From: a virus
Lineage: Duplodnaviria; Caudoviricetes
Strand: one strand, 5' to 3'
DNA: 64,000 bases
IMG/VR virus record: IMGVR_UViG_641201351_000001
Location: 88,373-152,372 of that record
Positions 18,718 through 27,354 of this stretch are shown here, piece after piece (position 1 is the stretch's first letter; every line of letters begins with the position of its first letter). A program made the translations under genes and the position numbers. The notes beneath the pieces are model-generated. The model was given only the letters and a program-made list of their open reading frames with translations. It made no database searches and was not told the origin of the DNA.

Positions 18718-19167
18718 TCAGAACAGCTCATCTCTTACTAGTCTTACTGATATGTCTACAGAACGCTTCTTTCTTGATAGCTCATTATCTAAAAACTCAA
18801 CGTAGATCGTCATGTAAAATATAGCTTTTGGAAAGTCTTTGTTTTTGCTCAAAATGTCGTATAAAGTGTTTCTTATTTCATTCGTTATGTCAAACTTAAA
18901 AATTTCTTCTAAAGAGTAAGACTTTTCGTAGTCGTGAATTATTTCTTGCTTTTTGCTAGGTTCAGGATAAATCATAAAGAAAGACAAAACAACAGAAAAT
19001 ATTCCTGCTTTTTTTGCCTTTGCGATTATAAAGTCATCTCTTAGTTCTCTTCTAATGATTTCAAATTCGTTAAGAAATTCTTCATAATTTTCAAAGTCTT
19101 TTTCTTCGTTAAGATGTCTTAGCGCTATTGTAGCGCTTTCAAATTTAGCGAAAGGCAAACCTAACAT
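18718..19167 (-). CDS. hypothetical protein ending ELF, paralog of 20956..21447
   Basis: FxNYEEFL, SYxLEExFxxDITN, FxKAxF shared. Confidence 0.85.
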   Translation of the reverse strand: MLGLPFAKFESATIALRHLNEEKDFENYEEFLNEFEIIRRELRDDFIIAKAKKAGIFSVVLSFFMIYPEPSKKQEIIHDYEKSYSLEEIFKFDITNEIRNTLYDILSKNKDFPKAIFYMTIYVEFLDNELSRKKRSVDISVRLVRDELF

Positions 19168-19179
19168 GTTCGCCTCCTT

Positions 19180-19674
19180 TCAAAACAAGTCTTCGTGCAT
19201 ATAGAAGAAGTTTTTGCTGAGATGAAATATTAAATTAGAATTTTCAAAAAACATATCTACATCAATGAAAATGCTTTCGCTTCCTGTTACTAAAGCGCCA
19301 AAGCGAAGCATTGAATAAGATGCTTTTTCAAGAAATTCTTTGATTTCTTCGTAATTCTTTAATGCGAGGTTTTCTTTATAAGACGCTTTAGGAAACATTT
19401 CTTTGTAATAGCATCTAATCTCAACCTTATATTTTTCGATGTCAAATTCTCGCATGAGATTGAAAAATTTGTCTTTAAAAGACAACGCTTTTCTGCTATT
19501 AGTAAAGACTAAACCTTCTTCATTTTTCTTAAGAACATTTTTTGTTCTTTTAAGAACGACTTTTTCTTCAAAATTTCTTCTGTAGTCGTCTGTCTTATCA
19601 ATAACAAAGAAGCTTATTTTTACTTTTTCAAGCTTGTAAGGAATTTCTTCTTTCACAAAGAAGTCAAGTTTCAT
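19180..19674 (-). CDS. hypothetical protein ending DLF, paralog of 20400..20918
   Basis: FVKEExPYK, LxFxNSxKAL shared; promoter TTGACA-17-TATAAT at 19699-19727. Confidence 0.85.
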   Translation of the reverse strand: MKLDFFVKEEIPYKLEKVKISFFVIDKTDDYRRNFEEKVVLKRTKNVLKKNEEGLVFTNSRKALSFKDKFFNLMREFDIEKYKVEIRCYYKEMFPKASYKENLALKNYEEIKEFLEKASYSMLRFGALVTGSESIFIDVDMFFENSNLIFHLSKNFFYMHEDLF

Positions 19675-19768
19675 TTTGCACCTCCTCTTGCAGAGGGGAT
19701 TATACAACGGGACAGGACGCATGTCAAGGCCTCAGGAGTTAATTAAAAGACATTTAATTTCACTAGAG

Positions 19769-20272
19769 TTAAAAAGGATCATTTCTCGCTATACGAATTG
19801 TCATTTCTAGATTTGTTTTTACATCTGAATCGTAGTTGTCTTTTATTGACTCGTAGATTAAGTAAAACGAAAAAGAAATCTCATAAAAGCTAGGAATTTC
19901 TTTCATAGTTTTCTTAACAATCTTTTTCAAGGTTGACTTAATATTTAGCGAACTGAAATTCTCAATGTTGTAGTGAACAGGCTCAACCTGATAGAAATCT
20001 CTTTCTTGTTGACCTGACAACAAATCTTTAGCATAAAAGTAAACAGAATAAAAATGATAAGCATTAAAATGCAAGTTTGCTATTTCTTCTTTTTGTTTCA
20101 AAGACTTAAAGATATTTAGTTCTTTTATTATCCTTTTGTGAAGCAGTCTAAAAGCGCTGATAAATTCAGAAAAGTTTGAAGTGTTTAGATGATAGTTCTC
20201 AACAGATGTTTCTTTGTCTTTTCTAGCGAAAGACAACTTTGCGCTATTTACTTTCGCATAGCTAGTCAACAC
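19769..20272 (-). CDS. hypothetical protein ending DPF
   Basis: start re-set to GTG after AGGAGGTG; promoter TTGACA-17-TATCCT at 20295-20323. Confidence 0.8.
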   Translation of the reverse strand: MLTSYAKVNSAKLSFARKDKETSVENYHLNTSNFSEFISAFRLLHKRIIKELNIFKSLKQKEEIANLHFNAYHFYSVYFYAKDLLSGQQERDFYQVEPVHYNIENFSSLNIKSTLKKIVKKTMKEIPSFYEISFSFYLIYESIKDNYDSDVKTNLEMTIRIARNDPF

Positions 20273-20399
20273 AACGCACCTCCTCTCAAGCTCTAGGATA
20301 AGCGCTATAGGACGCTTTGTCAAGAGTCTAGTGTCGTCAACTAAGCGAAGCGAAATAAGGCTTTATCTTGCGTGAAAATCTTATTTAAACTTTAATTCG

Positions 20400-20918
20400 C
20401 TAAAACACGCTTAAAAACTTGTACTTTAAGGATGTGTTAAAAGAAAACACTAACGAAAATTCATCTATGTCAACATAAAGATCCTTTCCTGAAGTCAAAA
20501 TGAAATTGTTAAGGTTTAGTTTAAGCGCTTCTTTTATCGCTAGCGAAGAAAAACTTTTAAGAATTTCTTTGCTTTCTTCTAGTTTGCTTAGTTTGTGATT
20601 TTGCTTTAAGAAGACTTTGAAATTTGGATCCTCATAAAATGCAGAAACTTTAAAATCGTAATGCTCAATATTAAAAAGTTCTAAGGCGTTGAAAAAATGT
20701 TTTCTAAGTTCTAAAGCTTTTGTGCTATTAATAAACAGCAGATCTTCTTTATCTTTTCTAAATTTCTTTTTGTTTGGCGTAAATATTAATTTTTCTTTTC
20801 GAACTAATTTTCTAGAATAGCTAATTCCATAACTGACTTCTTTTTCGATGTAAAAATAAAGGCTAACTCTAGTGATTTTGTAAGGCATTTCTTCTTTGAC
20901 AAAAAGCTCAAACTTCAT
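20400..20918 (-). CDS. hypothetical protein ending SVF, paralog of 19180..19674
   Basis: start re-set after AGGAGGTGG. Confidence 0.8.
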   Translation of the reverse strand: MKFELFVKEEMPYKITRVSLYFYIEKEVSYGISYSRKLVRKEKLIFTPNKKKFRKDKEDLLFINSTKALELRKHFFNALELFNIEHYDFKVSAFYEDPNFKVFLKQNHKLSKLEESKEILKSFSSLAIKEALKLNLNNFILTSGKDLYVDIDEFSLVFSFNTSLKYKFLSVF

Positions 20919-20955
20919 CTTCCACCTCCTTAGGAATGTCCTTCCTGGTGGTTCT

Positions 20956-21447
20956 CTAGAAAGGAAAATTGCTAACAACTTCTACTGAACACGATATGGA
21001 CTGTTTTTTGTAAATTTCCTTATTTTTAAAATAAGCTGCATAAATCAACAAATTAAATTGCGCCTTTGAAAAAAATCCACAGGTTTTTAAAGCTTTATAT
21101 AAGAGATTTTCAATGCTGTTTGTTATATCAAGGTCAAAAACTTCCTCTAGTTTGTAAGATTCTCCAGAGATATATTCTCCAAAGAGGTCTAAGTCATCAA
21201 TGAGGAGTCCTTTCTCTATTGGTAAATAGATAAGGTCAGAAAAAGAGATGGCATTTATCTCTAAATTATTTCCTTTAGCAAAAAGATATTCATCTTTTAC
21301 TTTGTTAATATGGTTTTTAAGCTCCATTAAAAATTCTTCATAGTTGCGAAAACTTTTGGCTTCTTCTAAAGCAAAATCTTTTTTTATCTTCTTAGAATAT
21401 TCTGTTTTGACATAAGCGATTTTGAATTCTGTGAAGGCTAACCTCAC
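20956..21447 (-). CDS. hypothetical protein ending FPF, paralog of 18718..19167
   Basis: promoter TTGACA-17-TATAGT at 21475-21503. Confidence 0.8.
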   Translation of the reverse strand: MRLAFTEFKIAYVKTEYSKKIKKDFALEEAKSFRNYEEFLMELKNHINKVKDEYLFAKGNNLEINAISFSDLIYLPIEKGLLIDDLDLFGEYISGESYKLEEVFDLDITNSIENLLYKALKTCGFFSKAQFNLLIYAAYFKNKEIYKKQSISCSVEVVSNFPF

Positions 21448-21625
21448 GCTACACACCTCCCCTCTGCTACCCCAACTATAAGCCTCACAAGGCCCTATGT
21501 CAAGGGGGGGTTAGTGTGTTTTTACTAGAAGAAGCACGGCGAGGCTTTTATTGTGAGTGAAATCTTGTTTAAACATTTTTGGGTGGTACACTATTATCCA
21601 AGTCTGGAAGGACAAACAAACAACG

Positions 21626-22141
21626 CTAGAAAACCTCATTACCCTTCTTGTATTCAAACTTCACTACGAAGAGTTTTTCTGTGCTTTCAACTTCTTTGTT
21701 TGCTAGTAGTCCCTGTAGAAGCGTAGGAAACTTGATGATAGTTGCATTAAAGCGAAAGTAGTAAGTAATGCTCACCATTCCTTCTCTTAAAGCTTTTATT
21801 GTGATAGATTTTCCAAATAGGTTTATCATTGAAGCGAATTCGTTTTCATTAAAGTTTGCAATTATGTTGTTTTCTTTACAAATGTAAATCGGCAGAGAAA
21901 CTAGTTTGTAAGGTGAGAACATTAAGTAGGAGAACTCAAAAGATGAGTCTACTTTTACTAGTCCAGACTTTGAAGATAGGTCTTTTTTAAATTCCTCTAA
22001 GTAGTATTTGACTTCTTCAAAAAAGTTGTAAAAATCAAAATAATCTTTGTATAGTGATTGTTTTAATGCTTTTTTATTTTTTGCCTCCTTGTAGAGAATT
22101 GTGATAAAATCTAAGGAGTAAGGAAGAAAGCTCTCAAACAT
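21626..22141 (-). CDS. hypothetical protein ending EVF
   Basis: PYSL motif; promoter TTGACC-18-TATTAT at 22163-22192. Confidence 0.8.
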   Translation of the reverse strand: MFESFLPYSLDFITILYKEAKNKKALKQSLYKDYFDFYNFFEEVKYYLEEFKKDLSSKSGLVKVDSSFEFSYLMFSPYKLVSLPIYICKENNIIANFNENEFASMINLFGKSITIKALREGMVSITYYFRFNATIIKFPTLLQGLLANKEVESTEKLFVVKFEYKKGNEVF

Positions 22142-22188
22142 GTCTTTATCCTCTCGCTTGCGATAATATCGCCTAAATCATAGGCAGG

Positions 22189-22773
22189 TCAAGAGGTTGG
22201 TACACTATTATAGGAATCTGGAAGATACTCACTAACAGCGAAAGAATAAAGAAATACTATCTCTAGATAAGGATAAAGAAGTTCAAAGTATTTGTATCTT
22301 CCTCTAGCAAACGATGCTACTATTTCGACACCTTCAAGATTTTCGTTTAATTCTTCTTCTGTATTATTCAAGAAGTTTTCTTTTTCTTTAATTAAAGCGT
22401 TATAGACATTTTCAACTGTTGTGTTTCTTCCTAGGTTTACTTCTTTGATTTCAGGAATGTAGCTCAAGGTCTTTTCTTTCATGTTCTTTATTTGTTTGTG
22501 ATAAATCTTGACGAAAGAAAGCGTTAAATAGAGGTCAAGAGAGAAGTTTGCGTTTAGAACTTTGTCTAAAGATAAAGTTTTTTTGATGAATGTCTTTATG
22601 ATAAAAGACAGCTTTTCTTCACAAAATTCTTTTTTGCGAGTATCTAATTCAACATAGATCAAGGTTCTTTTTGATGTATTTCTTATTTCCAGCTTTGATA
22701 GCTTTCTTATTTCCAGAGAAGAGCCGCTATCAAAGTGTATTGTTGCTTTTTCTAGTGTGATGTTCGTCTTCAT
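22189..22773 (-). CDS. hypothetical protein whose 3' end reads through motif B (LPDSYNSVPTS)
   Basis: similar to 23793..24305 (EEK...FIKxT, LExV). Confidence 0.8.
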   Translation of the reverse strand: MKTNITLEKATIHFDSGSSLEIRKLSKLEIRNTSKRTLIYVELDTRKKEFCEEKLSFIIKTFIKKTLSLDKVLNANFSLDLYLTLSFVKIYHKQIKNMKEKTLSYIPEIKEVNLGRNTTVENVYNALIKEKENFLNNTEEELNENLEGVEIVASFARGRYKYFELLYPYLEIVFLYSFAVSEYLPDSYNSVPTS

Positions 22774-22784
22774 GTTTCTTTACC

Positions 22785-23282
22785 TCAGAATAAGACATTA
22801 AACTCAAAAGAAACTTCTATGCGCAAATCTTGTGAAATAGTCGCTTTATTAGTTTTTAACTTTGCGAAAGATAAAAAGAAGACATTGAGCGTTTTTTCTT
22901 CTTTAATAGCATATTTATAGCGTTTATTAATTTCACGCTGCATTAGACTAAAAATCTTTTGTTCACTAAATTCTTCTAAGCTAATAAACTTCTTTCCTAA
23001 GCGCTTTCTTAGCTCTTTGTAAGGCATATCGAAATAATAATCGCTTGATAGCAAAGATACGACTGCAAAATGTCCTAATTTGAAAAAAGGCGAATTAAAG
23101 TATCTTTTTAAAATCTCAAAACTCCTTGAGAAATTAGTAAACGCTTGATCAAAGAATTCGCTTCTTTCTTCTTCAAAAAACTCAGTTTTCCTAGTTGAAA
23201 GAAGGCTATCGTTAATCAAATATTCTTTTATAAACCTCAAACTTTTAGGTTTTTGCAGCGAAAAAAGCTCTTCGATTTTCAT
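22785..23282 (-). CDS. hypothetical protein ending VLF, paralog of 24317..24823
   Basis: MxIExL, KRx...FxxGxFxVxSL, EEFSExK, LKT shared. Confidence 0.85.
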   Translation of the reverse strand: MKIEELFSLQKPKSLRFIKEYLINDSLLSTRKTEFFEEERSEFFDQAFTNFSRSFEILKRYFNSPFFKLGHFAVVSLLSSDYYFDMPYKELRKRLGKKFISLEEFSEQKIFSLMQREINKRYKYAIKEEKTLNVFFLSFAKLKTNKATISQDLRIEVSFEFNVLF

Positions 23283-23290
23283 GCTCTCAC

Positions 23291-23761
23291 CTAAAAGACT
23301 TCTTTTCTTTCTAGAGTAGCTTCTACTTCTAGAAAGACTTTATCAAGGTTTCTTGTTAGATAGCCTAGTTCTATGAAGATTACTATTGCAGTAATTTCTT
23401 TTTCGTTCCTAAACGCTTCATTGTAAATTTGACTTATGCTTCCTTCAATAAATTTTAGGACTGACTTTTTATTAACGAAAGAAGTATTTTTAACGCCCAA
23501 ATCTTCAAATTTAGGTGTTCCGTTTTTTGTATTTGTGATTAGTGTATAGTGTATTTTTAAAATGTCTTGCACAACATCGCCTTCAGAATTTTTTGTTTGC
23601 TGATAGTATTTTGAAATGAAACCTTTAAGGTACTTATAAAAGTCTTTAGCTTTTTCTTCTTTAAGTATCTTTTTAAACGAAAAATTATTTTCTTCATCTT
23701 TTGAGTTTTTAAAGTATTCAAAGGCAAACTTCACTTTCACGAATTCAAAAGGCGCTAGCAT
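23291..23761 (-). CDS. hypothetical protein ending EVF, leaderless
   Basis: promoter TTGACA-17-TAGCAT at 23768-23796. Confidence 0.8.
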   Translation of the reverse strand: MLAPFEFVKVKFAFEYFKNSKDEENNFSFKKILKEEKAKDFYKYLKGFISKYYQQTKNSEGDVVQDILKIHYTLITNTKNGTPKFEDLGVKNTSFVNKKSVLKFIEGSISQIYNEAFRNEKEITAIVIFIELGYLTRNLDKVFLEVEATLERKEVF

Positions 23762-23792
23762 AGCTTCATGCTAGCACGACAAGTCAATCGTG

Positions 23793-24305
23793 TCAACTTG
23801 GTACACTATTACTAAAGTCTGGAAGATGTACTATGTCGTAGTAGTATACAACCTCTAGAGATGCAACATGATCATCCTTATAAGGTGATCCTTTAGTGAA
23901 GATTATTGAAATGATAATCTGATCCTTTTTGTCTATGTTTTTTAGCTTTAACAGCTTTGTTAGCAATTCGTTTCTTTCTTTGAGGATTGTCTTAAGCACT
24001 TCTTCTGGTTTTATATCGTATCCAAGAGGTTTTTCTTTAGTATCAAGGTCTTCTTTCCTCATGTTGTGATTGACTGCTAAATAGAAATCTTCGTCTTCAT
24101 ATACTTCAAGAAGTTTTTCAATTTCTATTGTTTGTTTTATAAACTTAAGCATTAGTTGAATTGCTTTTTCTTCTAGTTCTTTTTCTTCGTGATCTTTGTT
24201 GAAGGTAAATTTGTATTTATTTTCTGCTGCTTTTAAAAGTCCTTTTGACGCAGCAAAAGACTCCTGTAAGTAAAAAAGTGCGATTTCGCTGAGCTTCAGT
24301 TTCAT
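23793..24305 (-). CDS. hypothetical protein ending in motif B peptide (LPDFSNSVPS)
   Basis: start re-set after AAAGGAG. Confidence 0.8.
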   Translation of the reverse strand: MKLKLSEIALFYLQESFAASKGLLKAAENKYKFTFNKDHEEKELEEKAIQLMLKFIKQTIEIEKLLEVYEDEDFYLAVNHNMRKEDLDTKEKPLGYDIKPEEVLKTILKERNELLTKLLKLKNIDKKDQIIISIIFTKGSPYKDDHVASLEVVYYYDIVHLPDFSNSVPS

Positions 24306-24316
24306 CTCTTCTCCTT

Positions 24317-24823
24317 TCAAAAAACGCCGTGCAAAGAGTAGTGCATTTTCAAGAACAATTTTTTTACTATCAAAGATGTTTCTGTCTTTAGCGCAACAAA
24401 GAACATAGATTCTAATGATAGGTTTTCGTTATTTAACAAAGCTTCTCTGTATTTCTTGTAGAAGCATTCTTCTGCTAAACGAGAAAATTTTTCTTCGCTA
24501 AATTCTTCAATTCTATAAACATTTTCAGGAAATCTATCTAGCAGACTTTTTTCTCTGCCATAAATCTCAAAATATTCTTCAGAAAAACTTCCTAAAGAAA
24601 AAACTACAAAATAGCCTTTGTGAAAATACTTTGACAACACAAACCTTTTGACGATGTTTAACTGCTTCAAAAATACAGCATTAAAGCTTTCAATTTCTTC
24701 TTCTGGAAAATTGTAGTAATATTTCTGCTTTCTAGCTTTAACAAATTTTTTCTTCACGAAGTGCTCAGTCGACACTTCTACGAAAAATATTTTGTGTGTT
24801 TTAATCAAGTCTTCAATGCGCAT
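24317..24823 (-). CDS. hypothetical protein ending GVF, paralog of 22785..23282
   Basis: GAGGTG SD; similarity. Confidence 0.85.
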   Translation of the reverse strand: MRIEDLIKTHKIFFVEVSTEHFVKKKFVKARKQKYYYNFPEEEIESFNAVFLKQLNIVKRFVLSKYFHKGYFVVFSLGSFSEEYFEIYGREKSLLDRFPENVYRIEEFSEEKFSRLAEECFYKKYREALLNNENLSLESMFFVALKTETSLIVKKLFLKMHYSLHGVF

Positions 24824-24829
24824 AACACC

Positions 24830-25348
24830 TCAAAAGCTAGGAAGAACAATGTCGTTTATTTTTATCGTGTAAGGAGGCTTTAAAGAAAAGATGTGTTCTA
24901 TTTCTAAAACCCAAACTTTTTCGCTTTGTTTTATTTCAAAAACTATTCTTGGCGCTATAGATATCGTGTAATCGTTAAAGTTTGTAATATTTTTTCTTAT
25001 TTCATTTAGTGTTTTTTCTGTGCTTTCAATCATTTCATAAGCTTTCTCTTTGAGAAAAAACGAAAGCTTCTTTTTCTTGTCTGACAAAATTTCGTCTTGT
25101 TTAATGTTTTTTATGTCCTCGAAGTAAAACCTTGTTTTTCCTAAAACATAGCCTCTATAATTGACGAATATGTAAATAGAGATTGTCTTTACATCCTGCT
25201 TTAGCGATTTCAATACAAAGCTATCAAGCGTTTTAATAAGTTTGTCTTTTTCATTCACAGAAAAAACAACATTTGATGCATTCGTGTAGCTAAAGAAGGG
25301 TTTGTATATTCCTTTCTTTGTGATTAAGCAAAGCCTTTCTAATCTCAC
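24830..25348 (-). CDS. hypothetical protein ending PSF
   Basis: GGAGGAG SD; promoter TTGACA-17-TATGAT at 25369-25397. Confidence 0.8.
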   Translation of the reverse strand: MRLERLCLITKKGIYKPFFSYTNASNVVFSVNEKDKLIKTLDSFVLKSLKQDVKTISIYIFVNYRGYVLGKTRFYFEDIKNIKQDEILSDKKKKLSFFLKEKAYEMIESTEKTLNEIRKNITNFNDYTISIAPRIVFEIKQSEKVWVLEIEHIFSLKPPYTIKINDIVLPSF

Positions 25349-25479
25349 TTTTCTCCTCCACAGAAGAAATCATAGAACACAAACCTAAGGCTGTCAAGCG
25401 TTGGTACACTATTAATAAGTCTGGAAGATGTAAATGACTGACACTTGAAGACTAGGTGTCTATATGCTAGTATGTAGCT

Positions 25480-26016
25480 ATGCATCCTCAGGAAGGTTGG
25501 CTTTTTGATGAGTTTGTCTTCTTGAGAAGAGCGTTTTCTCATTGTTCATATGTTGACAGCAATAACATAGTTCGTGATTATCAGGAAGAAATTGAAAGCT
25601 TAGAAAAACTAGAGGCTATTGTTGAATTAGCAAAGGAAAAATTAAAAGAATATCATAAAGAATTAAAGGAGCTAATTAGGTTTGGATTAAGAATAGAAGA
25701 AAATTTTCATTTAATCGCTATAGCAAACTTTTATAAGAGGTCATTAAGACACAAGTACGATAGAAAGTTAACGCTTGACGAAGTAATGTCTTTTTCTATT
25801 AGAGATGCGATAGACGAAACTATATCGCACTTCTTGAGATTTTGTGAAATTGAAGATTTATCTTTGATTTTGAGCTTGAAGTTTCCTTATTTGTCTGTTT
25901 ACAAGCCTATGTTAATTTCTAGAGCTTATGATTGTTTTATGATGATTCCTTATACTTCACAGCTTTTTCACATTAGCGCTGAATTTCTCGTTGATAAAAA
26001 TTTGCTTGTTTTCTAA
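25480..26016 (+). CDS. hypothetical protein ending LVF, inverted relative to the array, leaderless
   Basis: promoter TTGAAG-17-TAGTAT at 25445-25473. Confidence 0.8.
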   Translation: MHPQEGWLFDEFVFLRRAFSHCSYVDSNNIVRDYQEEIESLEKLEAIVELAKEKLKEYHKELKELIRFGLRIEENFHLIAIANFYKRSLRHKYDRKLTLDEVMSFSIRDAIDETISHFLRFCEIEDLSLILSLKFPYLSVYKPMLISRAYDCFMMIPYTSQLFHISAEFLVDKNLLVF

Positions 26017-26660
26017 AAAAATTCTTCTATTTCAGCGATTAAAGAATAATCGAACAAATTTGGTTCGCTTAAAATCTTCACTATCTCTCTAGTGTGTTTG
26101 TCAAATATTTTAGTATCTATTTGTTTTGTGTTTGTCGAATAAAGATCTGATGAAATTTCTTCATCGAAAACATTTAATCGAAAATCAAACTTGAACCGAA
26201 AGGAAATTTTTGACATTAAGCCAAAATTTTTAAGAAAATACATCGTTGCTTTTTCTAACTCTTTTTTTAGAGATAAGGAAGGAAGTTCAGAAAGCTTGTA
26301 TTCTTTTTTCAAGTCAAATCCTTTGTCTTCTCCATAGAAGGCTAAAGCGCTAAATTCTAAAGATTCAAAAGTAACGACATTTAATTTGTTGTTGCTGCTT
26401 TGATTTCTTACTACTCGTTTTATATTATTTAATTCACGATTAAACATCTTAGCTCTATCTTTAGCGAGATTAAAGAAGTTTTTTATTTCTTCAAACACAT
26501 CACAGTAGTTTGGAAAAAAGTAGCTAAATTTTACTTCGCTAAACTCGCAAGAATTTTTTGCAGGCAACTTCTTATCTGCTTTCTTTTCTAGGTAGCTTAT
26601 GTAGACGAAGCCTCTCGTGAAATTTAGTATGTCAAAGGCGCTGAAGGACACTTTAAACAC
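26013..26660 (-). CDS. hypothetical protein ending EEFF
   Basis: promoter TTGGCA-17-TATACT at 26678-26706. Confidence 0.8.
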   Translation of the reverse strand: MFKVSFSAFDILNFTRGFVYISYLEKKADKKLPAKNSCEFSEVKFSYFFPNYCDVFEEIKNFFNLAKDRAKMFNRELNNIKRVVRNQSSNNKLNVVTFESLEFSALAFYGEDKGFDLKKEYKLSELPSLSLKKELEKATMYFLKNFGLMSKISFRFKFDFRLNVFDEEISSDLYSTNTKQIDTKIFDKHTREIVKILSEPNLFDYSLIAEIEEFF

Positions 26661-26782
26661 CTCCCTCCTACCTCTCTAGTATAGAGGCTAGGCGCAAAGC
26701 TGCCAAGCCTTTATTTTTAGGGTAAGCCTTATTTAAAAGTTTAAACATTTGCTAGATAAAAATCTTTTATGTTCATTATCTC

Positions 26783-27352
26783 TTAAACGCTAGGATGAGG
26801 AGTTGGTACACTATTGTATAAGTCTGGAAGGTTGAATAAATGCTGCCCAAGATCTAAGACTTTGTATTTCAGTTTAAAGACAGAACTGTAGGGAGTTTTG
26901 TGTCTTGATCTTTCGTGAGAAGATAAGCTAACAACAAGATCAAATCTAGTTAAAGGAATTCCTTTTCTTAGACTAAAGAATTCAATTAGTTCTTCTATTG
27001 AATCCTCGATGAAGAAATAAAACGCATTTTTTATTCTCTTTTCATTTGGCATTACTAGCCTCGCAAATTGAATTTGCTTAGACATTTCTAAATCTAGCTT
27101 GCATTCTTTGTTTTTTCCTAGTGAATAGACATTTATGCTTTTTGAGATCGTTAGGTCAAAGTCTTTCTTAATTATTGCTTTTGACAATACTTTTTCTATA
27201 AGCCTCTCTAAAGAGTTTTTATTTTTCGCTGATATTTCTGCTAAATAATGAAACTTAAACTCTTCAAGGTTCTTTTCATTGAAATACTCGTAGTTTATTT
27301 CGATTTGATTAAGAAAAAAGGTTTGCTTGTTGATTTTGATAAGTTCTTTCAT
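26783..27352 (-). CDS. hypothetical protein ending in motif B peptide (LPDLYNSVPT...)
   Basis: 189-aa ORF. Confidence 0.75.
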   Translation of the reverse strand: MKELIKINKQTFFLNQIEINYEYFNEKNLEEFKFHYLAEISAKNKNSLERLIEKVLSKAIIKKDFDLTISKSINVYSLGKNKECKLDLEMSKQIQFARLVMPNEKRIKNAFYFFIEDSIEELIEFFSLRKGIPLTRFDLVVSLSSHERSRHKTPYSSVFKLKYKVLDLGQHLFNLPDLYNSVPTPHPSV

Positions 27353-27354
27353 CT

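Larger units (their letters stand above)
16948..26829. repeat. dispersed motif B, GGTACACT-N(7-8)-AGTCTGGAA (7 copies, same orientation)
   Basis: 16948-16972, 16994-17018, 21585-21609, 22199-22223, 23800-23824, 25403-25426, 26805-26829. Confidence 0.9.

Noticed and set aside
932-26829. Classical integron cassette array
   Set aside because: Motifs lack attC-type long imperfect palindromes, units carry their own promoters, and no integrase is in the window.
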